Assembly: GCA_035717785.1 (NCBI GenBank)
Contig: DASTIG010000226.1
Coordinates: 4,037-68,036 of the forward strand
DNA length: 64,000 bases
Reading direction: 5' to 3'
Source of the DNA: Candidatus Limnocylindrales bacterium
GTDB lineage: Bacteria > Chloroflexota > Limnocylindria > Limnocylindrales > CSP1-4
Made by a program: the position numbers and the translations under genes. The notes beneath the pieces were generated by a model. It ran no database searches. It had not been told where the DNA came from and worked only from the letters and a program-made list of their open reading frames with translations. This document shows, in pieces, positions 45,814 to 55,339 of the stretch (positions within the stretch are counted from its first letter, which is position 1; every line of letters begins with the position of its first letter).

Positions 45814-46977
45814 GTGCCCGTCGACGTCAGGCTCGTGGATGTGGTCAAGCGATTCGGCGAGACAGTCGCGGTCGACCACATCGATCTCGAGGTCCAGGAC
45901 GGGGAGTTCTTCAGCCTCCTCGGGCCGTCGGGCTGCGGCAAGACCACGACCCTGCGGATGATCGGCGGCTTCGAGGAGCCCACGTCCGGCCTCATCGAGC
46001 TCCAGGGCGAGGACGTCACGTGGCTGCCGCCATTCAAGCGCAACGTCAACACCGTCTTCCAGAACTACGCGCTCTTCCCCCATCTGACGATCTACGAGAA
46101 CGTCGCATTCGGACTCCGCCGCAAAGGCGTGAAGGACGAGGAGGTCAAGAGCCGGGTCGCCGAGATGCTGGCGCTCGTGGAGCTACCCGGCTACGAGCGG
46201 CGCAAGCCCACCCAGATCAGCGGCGGCCAGGCGCAGCGCGTCGCACTCGCGCGGGCGCTCATCAACAAGCCCGCCGTCCTGCTGCTCGACGAACCGCTCG
46301 GAGCGCTCGATCTGAAGCTGCGCAAGCAGATGCAGGTCGAGCTCAAGCGTATCCAGCAGGAGGTCGGGATCACGTTCATCTACGTGACCCATGACCAGGA
46401 AGAGGCGATGACGATGTCCGATCGCATCGCGGTGATGAACAAGGGCCGCTACGAACAGCTCGGCGACCCCGAGAGCCTCTACGAGCGCCCGACGACCCGC
46501 TTCGTCGCCGGCTTCCTCGGCATCAGCAACCTCCTGCCCGGCGCGGTCCAGGGCACGGACGGCCAGTACGCGACCGTGCAGCTGGCCGACGACTCCAGCG
46601 TTCGCGCGCCGAGCGCGCTCGTCGACGGCAAGGTCGACGTCAGCATCGGCGTTCGGCCCGAGAAGATCCGCCTGCGGGAACCGGCCGAGATCGACCCGAC
46701 CCCCACCGGGCACAACCAGCTCCGGGGCGTCGTTCGCGATGCCTCCTACCTGGGCGTGAGCACCCAGTACCAGGTCGAGGCGCAAGGTGGCGCCCGCCTG
46801 ACCGTCTACGAACAGAACGTCGAACGCGCCACCCGCGCCGAACTGTGGGCCCCCGGCGAGGAGGTCCTGCTGACCTGGTCACCCGACCACAGCTTCGTCG
46901 TCGCGGAACCAGCCGCGGCGACAGGTACCACCGAGGCCACGGCCACCGCCGAGGCCGCCAAGGCCGCGACGGCTTGA
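45814..46977 (+). CDS. potA: Spermidine/putrescine-type ABC transporter ATP-binding protein
   Basis: The GTG at 45814 is preceded by AGGAG. Walker A is in LLGPSGCGKTT, the signature is ISGGQAQRVALARAL, and Walker B is LLLDEP. A TOBE-like C-terminus is present. The upstream part of the 518-aa track ORF is a P/R-rich artefact. Confidence 0.85.
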   Translation: MPVDVRLVDVVKRFGETVAVDHIDLEVQDGEFFSLLGPSGCGKTTTLRMIGGFEEPTSGLIELQGEDVTWLPPFKRNVNTVFQNYALFPHLTIYENVAFGLRRKGVKDEEVKSRVAEMLALVELPGYERRKPTQISGGQAQRVALARALINKPAVLLLDEPLGALDLKLRKQMQVELKRIQQEVGITFIYVTHDQEEAMTMSDRIAVMNKGRYEQLGDPESLYERPTTRFVAGFLGISNLLPGAVQGTDGQYATVQLADDSSVRAPSALVDGKVDVSIGVRPEKIRLREPAEIDPTPTGHNQLRGVVRDASYLGVSTQYQVEAQGGARLTVYEQNVERATRAELWAPGEEVLLTWSPDHSFVVAEPAAATGTTEATATAEAAKAATA

Positions 46978-46991
46978 AGAGGAGAGCATCG

Positions 46992-48236
46992 ATGACCGAC
47001 ACCGGCACGCCACTCCCCGGGGATCTGACACGCCGCCGCTTCCTGCAAGGTAGCGCCCTCGCCGGCACGGCCGCGTTCCTGGCCGCCTGCGGCACGCCCC
47101 CGGCCGGCAGCGGCGCCGCGTCGGCGACGGCATCCGCCAGCGCAACGGCCGCTGCCAGCGCGAGCGCCAGTGCCGGCGCCGGCGCGACGCCGGCCAACAG
47201 CGGCACGCTCAGGTTCGCGAACTGGATCGGCTATATCGATGTCACCGACGACGGTTCGTCGTTCCCGACCATCGAGAAGTTCCAAACCGAGACCGGCATC
47301 ACCGTCGAGTACGCGGACGGCGGCGTCGACGACAACGAGGTGTTCTTCGCGAGCGACCTGCAGGCGCCACTCGAGGCCGGTCTGCCGACCGAGTGGGACA
47401 TCGTGGTCGTCACCGACTGGATGGTCGCCCGCCTGGTTAGGCTCGGCTGGCTCGAGACGATCGACACGTCGCTGACGCCGAACTTCGTGGCGAACCTTGC
47501 CGAGAATTACAAGGGCCGTTCGTTCGACCCTGACACGAACCTCGCCGCGCCGTGGCAGTCGGGCATGACCGGACTCGGCTTCGACAAGAACAAGACCGGC
47601 GACCTCGACTCGATCGAGGTCCTGTTCACCGATCAGTTCAAGGGCAAGCTGACCTACCTGTCCGAGATGCGCGACACCATCGGGCTGTCGGCCATCCGGC
47701 TCGGCAGCGATCCCGCATCCTTGACGCAGGAGCAATTCGACGCGGCCCTCGCCGCGGTCGACACGGCCGTGAAGTCCGGGATCGTGCGTCAGGTCGTCGG
47801 CAACTCGTACGTCGAGGACATGGCCGGCGGTGGCGTCGTCCTGGCGATGGCCTGGTCGGGCGATGTGCTCACCCTGCTCGTCCCCGACCAGACGGCCGAG
47901 CAGGACTTCCAGTGGGCGTTGCCCAAGGAAGGCGGGATGCTGTGGACCGACAATATGGTCATCCCCAAGGGCTCGCCGAACAAGCCGCAGGCCGAGCGCT
48001 GGATCGATTTCTACTACGACCCCACCAATGCCGCGACGATCGAGGCGTACGTCAACTACGTCTGCCCGGTCGCGGGCGCGAAGGAGGTCATGGTCGGCCT
48101 TGATCCCGAGATCGCCAACAACCCGCTGATCTTCCCGCCCGAGGATTGGGTCCCCCGGCTGCATCAGTTCCGGGCCACGACCGCGGACGAGGAGGCCGCC
48201 TGGGCTGAGGCGTTCACGAAGGCCATGGGCCTCTAG
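46992..48236 (+). CDS. potD: Polyamine-type ABC substrate-binding protein with a Tat/lipoprotein signal
   Basis: The ATG at 46992 follows GAGGAGAG. The signal reads TRRRFLQGSALAGTAAFLAACG. The body is PotD/PotF-like (LRFANWIGYID...). Confidence 0.8.
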   Translation: MTDTGTPLPGDLTRRRFLQGSALAGTAAFLAACGTPPAGSGAASATASASATAAASASASAGAGATPANSGTLRFANWIGYIDVTDDGSSFPTIEKFQTETGITVEYADGGVDDNEVFFASDLQAPLEAGLPTEWDIVVVTDWMVARLVRLGWLETIDTSLTPNFVANLAENYKGRSFDPDTNLAAPWQSGMTGLGFDKNKTGDLDSIEVLFTDQFKGKLTYLSEMRDTIGLSAIRLGSDPASLTQEQFDAALAAVDTAVKSGIVRQVVGNSYVEDMAGGGVVLAMAWSGDVLTLLVPDQTAEQDFQWALPKEGGMLWTDNMVIPKGSPNKPQAERWIDFYYDPTNAATIEAYVNYVCPVAGAKEVMVGLDPEIANNPLIFPPEDWVPRLHQFRATTADEEAAWAEAFTKAMGL

Positions 48237-48242
48237 TCGTCG

Positions 48243-49250
48243 ATGCGTCGCGCGCTGCACCTCCGCGCGATCGCGCCCTACGCGCTCCTCCTGCCGGGCC
48301 TGCTGTGGCTCGTGGTGTTCTACGTCTACCCGGCGTTCCAGATGTTCCTCGTCTCGCTCTGGACGGGGAACCTGGATGCCGGGTTCTCGCAGACCTGGAA
48401 TTGGGGCATCTATCCCGAGGCGATCAGCGAGTACTGGCCATGGCTCGCCCGATCGATCGTATATGGCGGGCTGGCGACGGCTCTCGCCTTCGCGCTGGGC
48501 TTCCCGCTCGCGTACGCCATCGCGTTCCGCGGCGGCGCGTACAAGAACCTGCTCCTGTTCCTGGTGATCGCGCCATTCTTCACGAGCTTCCTCCTGCGCA
48601 CGATCTCCTGGAAGATCATCCTGGCCGACAACGGTCTGCTCCTCGGGCCACTCAAGGAGCTCGGGTTGCTGTCGGAGGAGTTCCGGCTGCTCGCGACGCC
48701 GGCGGCCGTCGTCGCGGGGATCACGTACAACTTCCTGCCGTTCATGACGCTGCCGCTCTACGTGGCACTCGAGAGGATCGACAAGCGCCTCATCGAGGCC
48801 GCCGAGGACCTCTACGCAGGCCCGTGGCGGCCGCAGGGCACGGTCGTCGGGCTGCTCATCGGTGGCGTGCTGGGCCTCGTCGTCGGGGCGGTGATGGACT
48901 ACGGGCCGCTCACGATCGGAATACCGGGCGCGATCGTCGGCGCGATCGTCGGCACGTTCCTGATCGGCCAGGCGTTCATCCGCGTCACGCTGCCGCTCTC
49001 GCTGCCCGGGATCTTCGCGGGATCGCTGCTGACGTTCATCCCGGCCGTCGGTGACTTCATCAACGCGGAGCTGCTCGGCAACCCCCGGTCGCTGATGATC
49101 GGCAACGTCATCCAGGCGCGCTATCTCGAAGTGACCGACTACCCGACCGCGTCGGCGCTGTCGTTCGTCCTGATGCTCGCGATCCTGATCGGGCTGTTCT
49201 TCTACGCCCGGCTGATCGGGACCGAGGAGCTCACGGGGGCGTCGGTCTGA
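48243..49250 (+). CDS. potB: Polyamine-type ABC permease (PotB-like) with a ~47-aa hydrophobic insertion in the EAA loop
   Basis: The permease body is TM-rich. The EAA loop IEAAEDLYAGPW is separated from QAFIRVTLPLSLPGI by a Gly/Val/Ile-rich insert. Confidence 0.8.
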   Translation: MRRALHLRAIAPYALLLPGLLWLVVFYVYPAFQMFLVSLWTGNLDAGFSQTWNWGIYPEAISEYWPWLARSIVYGGLATALAFALGFPLAYAIAFRGGAYKNLLLFLVIAPFFTSFLLRTISWKIILADNGLLLGPLKELGLLSEEFRLLATPAAVVAGITYNFLPFMTLPLYVALERIDKRLIEAAEDLYAGPWRPQGTVVGLLIGGVLGLVVGAVMDYGPLTIGIPGAIVGAIVGTFLIGQAFIRVTLPLSLPGIFAGSLLTFIPAVGDFINAELLGNPRSLMIGNVIQARYLEVTDYPTASALSFVLMLAILIGLFFYARLIGTEELTGASV

Positions 49251-50152
49251 TGGCGGCGACCTCGAGCACCACGGCGACCGCCGTGACCGCCACGCCACGT
49301 GCGCCGGCCGCACGACTCGGGCGCCTGATCGACCGCTGGCTGCTGCCGATCTACGTGGTCGGCGTCACGGCCTACCTGATCCTGCCGGTCGCGGTCATGA
49401 TCCTGTTCAGCTTCAACGATCCCACCGGCCGCTCGAACCTCAACTGGCGCGAGTTCTCGCTCGACGCGTGGCTCAATCCGCTCGGCCGCCCCGGTCTGGC
49501 GGAGGCCGTGCGGAACAGCCTGGTCATCGCGTTCCTGTCGACCATCGTCGCGACGACGCTGGGCACGATGATCGGCCTGGCCCTGTCGCGCTACTCGTTC
49601 CGCGGCCGGTCGGCGACGAACGTGCTCATCTTCCTGCCGATGTCGACGCCCGAGATCGTCCTCGGCGCCTCACTGCTCACGACGTTCGTCGCGTCCGTCC
49701 AGCTGCCGATCCCGGAGGGGCTCGTGTTCCCGCTCAACATCCGGACCGTCCTGATCGCGCACATCATGTTCAACATCAGCTTCGTCGTCGTGACCGTCAA
49801 GGCGCGACTAGCGAACTTCCCGCGTCACCTGGAGGAGGCTGCGATGGACCTGGGCGCGAACGAATGGACGACGTTCTGGAAGGTCACATTCCCGCTGATC
49901 CTGCCGGGCGTCATCGCCGCTGCACTGCTCGCCTTCAGCCTGTCCATCGACGATTACGTCATCACGGCGTTCACCTCGGGCCAGACCGAGACGTTCCCGC
50001 TGTTCATCTACGGGTCGCAGCTCCGCGGCATCCCGGTCCAGGTCAACGTGATCGGCACGATCATCTTCGTCACGGCCGTCGCGCTCGTCGTGCTGACCAC
50101 GGTCTGGCAGCGCCGAGTGGCGGCGCGCGACTACGCGGCGGGCCGGGTATGA
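49250..50152 (+). CDS. potC: Polyamine-type ABC permease (PotC-like)
   Basis: EAA loop: EEAAMDLGANEWTTFWKVTFPLILPG. There is a 1-nt overlap with the potB stop. Confidence 0.85.
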   Translation: MAATSSTTATAVTATPRAPAARLGRLIDRWLLPIYVVGVTAYLILPVAVMILFSFNDPTGRSNLNWREFSLDAWLNPLGRPGLAEAVRNSLVIAFLSTIVATTLGTMIGLALSRYSFRGRSATNVLIFLPMSTPEIVLGASLLTTFVASVQLPIPEGLVFPLNIRTVLIAHIMFNISFVVVTVKARLANFPRHLEEAAMDLGANEWTTFWKVTFPLILPGVIAAALLAFSLSIDDYVITAFTSGQTETFPLFIYGSQLRGIPVQVNVIGTIIFVTAVALVVLTTVWQRRVAARDYAAGRV

Positions 50153-51456
50153 CGACCGAGGCGCGCGCCACCCTGCCCGACCACACCGTCGTGCCGGCCG
50201 TCTGGGGCCGTATCACCAACCTCGACGTCGACCGCGGGGAGGGCTCATGGCTGATCACCCGCGACGGCGAGCGCTATCTCGATTACTCCTCCGGCATCGG
50301 CGTGACGAACACCGGGCACGCTCATCCGCGGGTCGCAGCGGCGATCGCCGCCCAAGCGCAGAAGCTGCTCCACGGCCAGCAGAACATCCTGTACCACGAG
50401 CCGGGCCTGCGACTGTACGACCGCCTCCCGAACCTGCTGCCCGGCGGGCCGTACCAGGCATTCCTGTCCAACTCGGGCGCTGAGGCGATCGAGGCGTCCG
50501 TCAAGCTGGCGCGGGTCGCCACCGGGCGCCCGGCGATCATGGCGTTCCGCTACGGCTACCACGGCCGGACCGCCCAGACGATGGCGCTGACGACGGCCAA
50601 GGACGTGTATCGGGGAGCGTTCGAGCCCCTCCCGGGCAGCGTGTACCACACGGCCTATCCGTACTGCTACCGCGCGGCCGGCGGTCCGCACGACCCGTCG
50701 GCGTGCACCTGCGACTGGGAGGAGCAGCTCGACCTGACCTTCCACCAGTTCATCTATCCGGACCAGGTGGCCGCGATCATCATCGAGCCGGTCCTGGGTG
50801 AAGGCGGCTACATCGTCCCGCCGCCGGACTTCTTGCCGCGGCTCCGCGAGCTGACCCGCCAGAACGGGATCCTGCTCATCGCGGATGAGGTGCAGACGGG
50901 CTTCGGGCGGACGGGACAGATGTTCGCGGTGATGCACTATGACGTCGAGCCGGACATCCTCGTCATGGCGAAGGGCATCGCCTCGGGTCTGCCGCTGTCC
51001 GGGATCCTCGCGCGGCAGGAGCTGATGACCCGCTGGAAGCCCGGCAGCCACGGCGGCACGTACGGCGGCAACGTCGTGTCGTGCGCGGCGGCAAATGCCA
51101 CGCTCGATGTCATCGAGGACGAAGGCCTCGTGGCCAACGCCGGTGAGCGCGGCGCTCAGCTCCTGACCGGCCTGCATACGCTCAAGGACCGCTATCGGGG
51201 CATCGGCGACGCCCGTGGCCTGGGCCTGATGGTGGCCATCGAGCTCGTCAAGCCCGACGACGGCGACGGGCGCGTCCCCGACCCCGATCTCACGAAGCGC
51301 ATCCAGGCCGAGGCGCTGGCCCGCAATCTGATCGTGCTCACCGCCGGGACCTACGTGAACGTCATCCGCATCATCCCGCCGCTCGTTACCACGGCTGATG
51401 AGGTGGAGCAGGCATTGGCGATCCTCGACGAATCGTTGGCTGCCGCAGGCGCCTAG
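50149..51456 (+). CDS. Class-III PLP aminotransferase (4-aminobutyrate / putrescine aminotransferase-like)
   Basis: The ATG at 50149 overlaps the potC stop (ATGA). Motifs: SNSGAEAIEASVKLAR, LLIADEVQTGFGRTG and the PLP lysine in MAKGIASG. Confidence 0.85.
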   Translation: MTTEARATLPDHTVVPAVWGRITNLDVDRGEGSWLITRDGERYLDYSSGIGVTNTGHAHPRVAAAIAAQAQKLLHGQQNILYHEPGLRLYDRLPNLLPGGPYQAFLSNSGAEAIEASVKLARVATGRPAIMAFRYGYHGRTAQTMALTTAKDVYRGAFEPLPGSVYHTAYPYCYRAAGGPHDPSACTCDWEEQLDLTFHQFIYPDQVAAIIIEPVLGEGGYIVPPPDFLPRLRELTRQNGILLIADEVQTGFGRTGQMFAVMHYDVEPDILVMAKGIASGLPLSGILARQELMTRWKPGSHGGTYGGNVVSCAAANATLDVIEDEGLVANAGERGAQLLTGLHTLKDRYRGIGDARGLGLMVAIELVKPDDGDGRVPDPDLTKRIQAEALARNLIVLTAGTYVNVIRIIPPLVTTADEVEQALAILDESLAAAGA

Positions 51457-51509
51457 CGGCGCCCGTCGGGCTGATCCTCGACAAGGCGGCCGGGCTGCCA
51501 GGCCCCAGA

Positions 51510-52313
51510 TCAGCCGGTGCGGAGCAGCCTTTCACGCAGTTCATCGTGTAGGACGCCGTTACTGACCAGAAAGGTGCGCGTGTCGATCCGACGGGCCCCG
51601 TCCAGGTCCGTCCAGCGCCCACCGGCCTCCTCGACGACGATCGCGGGAGCCGCCGCATCCCAGGTCGACAGGTCGACCTCGACCATGCCCTCGGCTGCGC
51701 CCTCCGCGACGAGTGCGTATCCCCAGAAATCGCCGAACCCACGCTCCCGCCAGACGTCCTCGAGGAGCGACTCGAACCCGGGGGCTCGCCCGGACCGCCG
51801 GATGTCGCGCGCACTCCCGTACAGCAGCTGGGCGTCCTCGAGCGTGGCGACCGTCGACACCCGGATGCGTCGCGGTCCTTCGCCCGACGCCGCGCGCACG
51901 GCCCACGCTCCGCCGCCACGCCAGGCGTACCAGCGCTCCCCGAGAGCCGGCGCAGAGATCACCCCGGCCTGGAGCTCGACATCCTCCTCGACGCCCAGCA
52001 GCATCCCGAACAGCGGCACACCGCGGACGAAGTTGTGCGTCCCGTCGATCGGGTCGATGTACCACCGGACGCGCGCATCGGGCGCGTCCACCCCGTATTC
52101 CTCGCCCACCAGCCCATGGTCCGGATGGGCCGCCAGGATCCTTTCGCGGATCATGCGTTCGATCGCGGTATCGGCCTGTGTGACGAGAGTGCGATCGGGC
52201 TTCGTGCTGATCTCGAGGTCGCGCCGGAAATGGCGCAGGGCGATCGCATCGGCCTCGTCGGCGATCGCGAGGCCCAGTTCGACCCACGCGCGCCGCTCCT
52301 CGATCGTGCTCAC
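51510..52313 (-). CDS. Inositol-monophosphatase family protein (HisN/ImpA-like)
   Basis: The GTG at 52313 overlaps the upstream stop (GTGA). Motifs: TKPDRTLVTQADTAIE, WYIDPIDGTHNF and WDAAA. Confidence 0.8.
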   Translation of the reverse strand: MSTIEERRAWVELGLAIADEADAIALRHFRRDLEISTKPDRTLVTQADTAIERMIRERILAAHPDHGLVGEEYGVDAPDARVRWYIDPIDGTHNFVRGVPLFGMLLGVEEDVELQAGVISAPALGERWYAWRGGGAWAVRAASGEGPRRIRVSTVATLEDAQLLYGSARDIRRSGRAPGFESLLEDVWRERGFGDFWGYALVAEGAAEGMVEVDLSTWDAAAPAIVVEEAGGRWTDLDGARRIDTRTFLVSNGVLHDELRERLLRTG

Positions 52314-54766
52314 GAGCGGATCGTCGCGTTGTCGGGGTCGTACAGCGGCTCCCGCACGACCTCGAACCCGACCCATCGACCGAACAGCTCGACCTCCCCG
52401 CGCGTGCCGATCGCCCGGTCGGGCGACAGGTACGCGTACGCGATCGACTTCTCGACCGCGAACCCCTGCCCGCCGCTCGTCACCCGCCCCACGATCTCGC
52501 CATCGACCCGGACGGGCTCGTTGCCGAGGCAGACGTCGAGCGGGTCGTCGAGGACGAGACAGCGCAGCCGCTTGCGTGGCCCCTTGCCCTTCGCCTCGAC
52601 CAGCGCGTCATGCGCGAGCGATGACTCGCCCTTGTCGACTGAGACGGCGAAGCCGAGACCCGCCTCGAACGGCGTCTCGTCCGGGGTGATGTCGCTCGAC
52701 CAGACGCGGTAGCCCTTCTCCAGCCGCAGCGCCTCGATCGCCCGGTACCCGCCGGCGACCAGCCCGTGCTCGCGCCCGGCCTCCCACAGGGTCGACCAGA
52801 GCGCCCGTCCATACTCCGTCGGGGCGTACAGCTCCCAGCCGAGCTCGCCCACGTAGGTGACCCGCAGCGCCAGGAGCGGCACCGACCCGACGCTGATCTC
52901 CCGTGCGGCGAGGTACCGGAATCCGGCGTCCGACACGTCATCGCGCGTCAACGGCGCGAGGATGTCACGTGCCCGCGGTCCCCACAGGCCGAAGCAGACG
53001 CGGGACGACGTCACGTCGCGTATCTCCACCGAGCCGTCGTCGGGCAGGTTTGACCGCAGCCAGCCCGCGTCATGGTTGCCGTACGCCGTGCCGGTCACGA
53101 GCATGAACCGGTCGTCCGCGAGGCGCGTGGCGGTCAGATCCGCCTGGATCCCACCACGACGGTCGAGCAGCTGCGTATACACGATCGAACCGACGGGCCG
53201 GTCGATGTCGTTACCCGCGACCCGCTGCAGGAACGCGCATGCGCCCGGTCCTGTGACCTCGAGCTTGGCGAACGACGACTCGTCGAACAGCGCCGCCGCC
53301 TGGCGCGTCGCGAGCGCCTCGGCAGCGATCGCCGGCGACCAGTGGTGCCCAGCCCAGCCGCGTGGGCGAAGCGCCTCGAGCGCTTCGCGACCACCAAACC
53401 GCGCGTCGTCCGCGTTCGGCTCGAACCAGTTCGGCCGCTCCCACCCCGACTTCTCGCCGAACACCGCGCCCAGGCTGGTGAGATCGTCATAGGTCGGCGA
53501 CGTGCGCAGTGGGCGCCCCGCCTGTCGTTCCTCGTTCGGGTAATGGATGTCGTAGTAGGTCGCGTAGTTCTCGATCGACCGTGCCAGCGTGTAGGCCTGC
53601 GACCGGTACGCCGCCCCGAACCGGCGGATGTCCATCTTCCAGAGGTCGAGCTCGGGCTCGCCATCGACGATCCAGCTCGCCATCTGCCGCCCGATGCCGC
53701 CTGCGCCGGCGATCCCGTGTGCACAGAACCCGGCCGCGACCCAGAAACCGCGTACATCGGATTCGCCGAGGATGAACTCGTTGTCCGGTGTGAAGGCCTC
53801 GGGCCCATTTATCACGCGGTTGACCCTCGCCTCCTCCATCGCCGGCACGCGACGGATCGCACCCTCCATGATCGGCTCGAAGCGCGGCATGTCGGGGGCG
53901 AGTAGCTTGCCGTTGAAGTCGGGTGGCACGCCGTCGATCGACCACGGCGCCGGATCGCGTTCGTAACCGCCCATGCACAGCCCGCCGACCTCCTCGCGGA
54001 AGTACACGAGGTTGTCCGGATCGCGCAGCTGCGGCAGGCCCGGGGTCACGCCCTCGAGGGGCTCGGTGAACAGGTACTGATGCGCCATCGGGATGATCGG
54101 GACCGTCACGCCGACCATCCGCCCGATCTCGGGCGCGAACATGCCGGCCGCGTTGATGAGGACCTCGGTCTCGATGTCGGAGCGCTCGCCCTCGTGCTCG
54201 ACGGTCACGCGTGTGACGCGCCCACGCTCGACGCCGATGCCGACGACCCGCGTTTGCGTCCGGATCGTGGCCGTGCGCTTTCGCGCCCCGGCCGCGAGCG
54301 CCTGGGCCAGCCCGGACGGATCGAGCCAACCATCCGTCGGCAGCCAGACGCCACCGAGCACGCCGTCGATCGACATCAACGGGAAACGATCCTGAGCCTC
54401 CTGCGCGTCGATCAGCTCCATCGGCAGCCCGAAGGTCCTCGCCCACCCCGCCTGGCGCTCGAGCTCGTGCATGCGCTCCGTCGATGACGCCAGTCGGATG
54501 GAGCCGACCTCGTGCCACGACGGGTCCGTGCCGGTCTCGTCGTTGAGGCGCCGGTACAGGTCGGAGCCGTACACCATCATCCTGGTGAGGGTCACCGACC
54601 CGCGCAGCTGGCCGACCAACCCGGCGCTGTGGAACGTGGAGCCGCTCGTGAGCTCGGCCCGCTCGACGAGCATGATGTCGCGCCAACCGCGGTCCGCCAG
54701 GTGATAGGCGATGGACGTACCCCCGACGCCGCCGCCGATGATCACCGCCCGGGCGTGTTCCATCAT
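52310..54766 (-). CDS. FAD-dependent oxidoreductase fused to an aminomethyltransferase (GcvT) domain; dimethylglycine/sarcosine dehydrogenase-like
   Basis: The ATG at 54766 gives MMEHARAVIIGGGVGGTSIAYHL (a GxGxxG dinucleotide-binding motif). The C-terminal half has a GcvT-type fold (...YVGELGWELY...). Length is about 818 aa. Confidence 0.8.
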   Translation of the reverse strand: MMEHARAVIIGGGVGGTSIAYHLADRGWRDIMLVERAELTSGSTFHSAGLVGQLRGSVTLTRMMVYGSDLYRRLNDETGTDPSWHEVGSIRLASSTERMHELERQAGWARTFGLPMELIDAQEAQDRFPLMSIDGVLGGVWLPTDGWLDPSGLAQALAAGARKRTATIRTQTRVVGIGVERGRVTRVTVEHEGERSDIETEVLINAAGMFAPEIGRMVGVTVPIIPMAHQYLFTEPLEGVTPGLPQLRDPDNLVYFREEVGGLCMGGYERDPAPWSIDGVPPDFNGKLLAPDMPRFEPIMEGAIRRVPAMEEARVNRVINGPEAFTPDNEFILGESDVRGFWVAAGFCAHGIAGAGGIGRQMASWIVDGEPELDLWKMDIRRFGAAYRSQAYTLARSIENYATYYDIHYPNEERQAGRPLRTSPTYDDLTSLGAVFGEKSGWERPNWFEPNADDARFGGREALEALRPRGWAGHHWSPAIAAEALATRQAAALFDESSFAKLEVTGPGACAFLQRVAGNDIDRPVGSIVYTQLLDRRGGIQADLTATRLADDRFMLVTGTAYGNHDAGWLRSNLPDDGSVEIRDVTSSRVCFGLWGPRARDILAPLTRDDVSDAGFRYLAAREISVGSVPLLALRVTYVGELGWELYAPTEYGRALWSTLWEAGREHGLVAGGYRAIEALRLEKGYRVWSSDITPDETPFEAGLGFAVSVDKGESSLAHDALVEAKGKGPRKRLRCLVLDDPLDVCLGNEPVRVDGEIVGRVTSGGQGFAVEKSIAYAYLSPDRAIGTRGEVELFGRWVGFEVVREPLYDPDNATIRS

Positions 54767-54832
54767 CGAAGCGTACCGGCTGGGCATGGGCGGCTGAACG
54801 GTCGCGACGACGTGAGACGCCCGACTGCGACG

Positions 54833-55285
54833 ATGCTCCGCATGGCGACGATCGACTTCACGATCAGGATCGAACGCTCCGTCGAGGACGTCTTCCGTGT
54901 CCTCACGACCCCCGAACTGACTCCGCTCTGGTCGGAGAGCGCGATCGAGGAGCACGTCACCACGCCAGGCCCTGTCGGCATCGGGTCGCGACGCCGTGCG
55001 ACGGTCCGCCGATTGGGCGGGGGGACGTGGGAGAACGAGATCGAGGTCACCGACTTCGAGCCGAACCGGCGGATCGCCGTCCGGAGCGTGGAATCGATCG
55101 TGCCGTTTGCCTCTGCCTGGACGACGGCGGCGGCGGATGGCGGGACACGAGTCGATTGGCGTTGGGAGATGCAGCTCCGTGGCTGGATGCGCCCGTTCGG
55201 TCCCTTCGTCCTCGGAGTCTTCGGGAGAAGCTTCGATCGCGATCTCCGGCGCCTCAAGGCGATCATGGAGTCAGGCGACCTGTAG
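54833..55285 (+). CDS. SRPBCC (polyketide cyclase/dehydrase-like) family protein
   Basis: MLRMATIDFTIRIERSVEDVFRVLTTPELTPLW is a typical SRPBCC N-terminus. The start could be ATG 54833 or 54842. Confidence 0.7.
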   Translation: MLRMATIDFTIRIERSVEDVFRVLTTPELTPLWSESAIEEHVTTPGPVGIGSRRRATVRRLGGGTWENEIEVTDFEPNRRIAVRSVESIVPFASAWTTAAADGGTRVDWRWEMQLRGWMRPFGPFVLGVFGRSFDRDLRRLKAIMESGDL

Positions 55286-55339
55286 CGTTTCATGGGCGGC
55301 GGAGCGTATCGGCTGACCATGGGAGCGATCTGAGGAGCG

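Noticed and set aside
51457-51509. GGCGCC-tagc-GGCGCC hairpin between the convergent aminotransferase and IMPase genes, as a possible terminator
   Set aside because: The stem is only 6 bp with no U tract on either strand. That is too weak to call.
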